From Neophaeotheca triangularis (taxonomy: Eukaryota), in the NCBI GenBank assembly GCA_054600435.1, contig BAAIJX010000011.1, positions 62,001-126,000 of the forward strand: a stretch of DNA of 64,000 nt, written 5' to 3'. How positions within the stretch are numbered: position 1 is the stretch's first letter; the number at the start of each line of letters is the position of its first letter. The position numbers were made by a program, and so were the translations under genes. The notes under the pieces were generated by a model. It did no database searches. It worked only from the letters and a program-made list of their open reading frames with translations, and was not told where the DNA came from. Positions 62,676 to 64,000 of the stretch are shown one piece after another.

Positions 62676-63646
62676 ATGAAGCTCTACGCGATCGCAGACA
62701 TTCACCTCTCCTTCAAAAGCAATCGAGAAGAGTTTGCGGATTTGACCCCCAGGCCCGATGACGGATTGATCCTAGCCGGTGACAGTACGAAACCTAATCA
62801 CCGTAAAGCGATGAAACCGACGCCTCACTAATTATCGAGTCAGTTGGCGAATCAATAGAAGTTCTCAACGAGGCCTTTGAGACAGCGACGACACGGTTCA
62901 AACAAGTCTTTTGGGTCCCCGGCAACCATGAGCTTTACTCGTCGCAGTCCTCCAAGGAAGAGACAATGCACCTCAAGGGCGAAGCCAAATACATGGCCTG
63001 CGTTCGCGCTGCAAAGGCCCATGGTGTAATCACGCCCGAAGACGATTTCGTTCCTTGGACATACACCGCCAACGATGGGTCTCGCGAGCGTGCCCTGATC
63101 TGTCCCATCTTTACGCTTTATGATTACAGTTTCCGCCCGGATCATGTGACTAGAGAGAAAGCGTTGGAGTGGGCAATGGAGGAAGGCATTAGAGCCACGG
63201 ACGAAAATTTGTTACATCCCGACCCTTACGCCTCGCGGGACGAGTGGTGTCACAGGCTCGTCCAGCAAAGCGAGGTCAAGCTCGAAAAGGCTAAGGCAAC
63301 TGGCTTGCCGCTTGTCATTATTAACCACTGGCCGCTACGCGAGGACACGGTATACATCCCAAGGGTGCCTCGTTTTTCTATTTGGTGTGGCACCAAGAAG
63401 ACCGAGGATTGGCATACGAGGTTTGGGGCCAAGGTGGTTGTTACGGGGCATTTGCACGTCCGTAGGACGGATTACATTGACGGCGTGAGGTTTGAGGAAG
63501 TCAGTCTGGGCTATCCTAAGCAGTGGCAGGCAGCAAAGGACGCCGGCAACGACGTCAACAGCATGCTACGAGAGATCTTACCTGGACCTGCGGATCCGAC
63601 ACCTGGTCGGGAACCACCTACTACCTGGCGACAGCATGGTCCATGA
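62676..63646 (+). CDS. Calcineurin-like metallophosphoesterase, PptH (Rv2795c)-like, 2 exons
   Basis: Exons 62676-62784 and 62844-63646; DIH, AGDIGE, WVPGNHELY, LYDYSF, NHWP, FSIWCGT...DWH, GHLHVRRT...GVRFEEVSLGYP. Confidence 0.88.
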
Positions 63647-64000
63647 GTTGTGTTTTGGAGATTCTGCGAAAACCGCGTAGCTTCGCGCCAAATTCGCATG
63701 GACAACCCTCGAAGTAGGACATTCTGCTCGGTACCAGTTTCCGAGATTGGTGGGTTCGACGAAAGCATCAGCCATTGGAGCTGCTGCAATGGGGGAACTC
63801 GACGAGCCAGCATCTGCTTGTTTACAAGACCCTCTCGTCTTCCAACCGCCGGGCGTTGGCAACATGTGTCGGCCCTGAGTCAACGCTAGACTACCGGCGC
63901 ATTGACAGCCCTCAGCAGTCGACGCCGAGCTAAAAGATACAGAGACTGGAATCCACAACAAAGCACTTGATTGCGGGCTACTGGAGTGCCCAGCACAATT

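Overview
Gene-dense, intron-containing filamentous ascomycete DNA (a Dothideomycete by general impression, not proven). About 25 protein genes, mostly housekeeping: DCD1, RPL42/RPL19 head-to-head, CWF19-like, UTP20, VTC4, INP1, MFS transporter, complex I 24 kDa subunit, peroxisomal Cu amine oxidase, RasGAP, EMP70, DBP3, Zn2Cys6 TF, RFA1, calpain-like, FLC-like. No rRNA, tRNA, CRISPR or recognisable transposon. The standout is missing from the ORF track: a 5-exon gene at 30749-31487 encoding a secreted Kex2-type repeat precursor with five identical CGPNFRWC cores flanked by RR and KK. Its copies differ only at synonymous sites, each internal exon carries one core, and the apparent start codon is TTG. 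Other points: a GH43 pseudogene with a nonsense codon and a large in-frame deletion, a fungal homologue of mycobacterial PptH, a RasGAP intron open for about 109 codons, and complementary segments in both ribosomal-protein first introns. All gene models were spliced by hand and family calls come from remembered motifs, not database searches.
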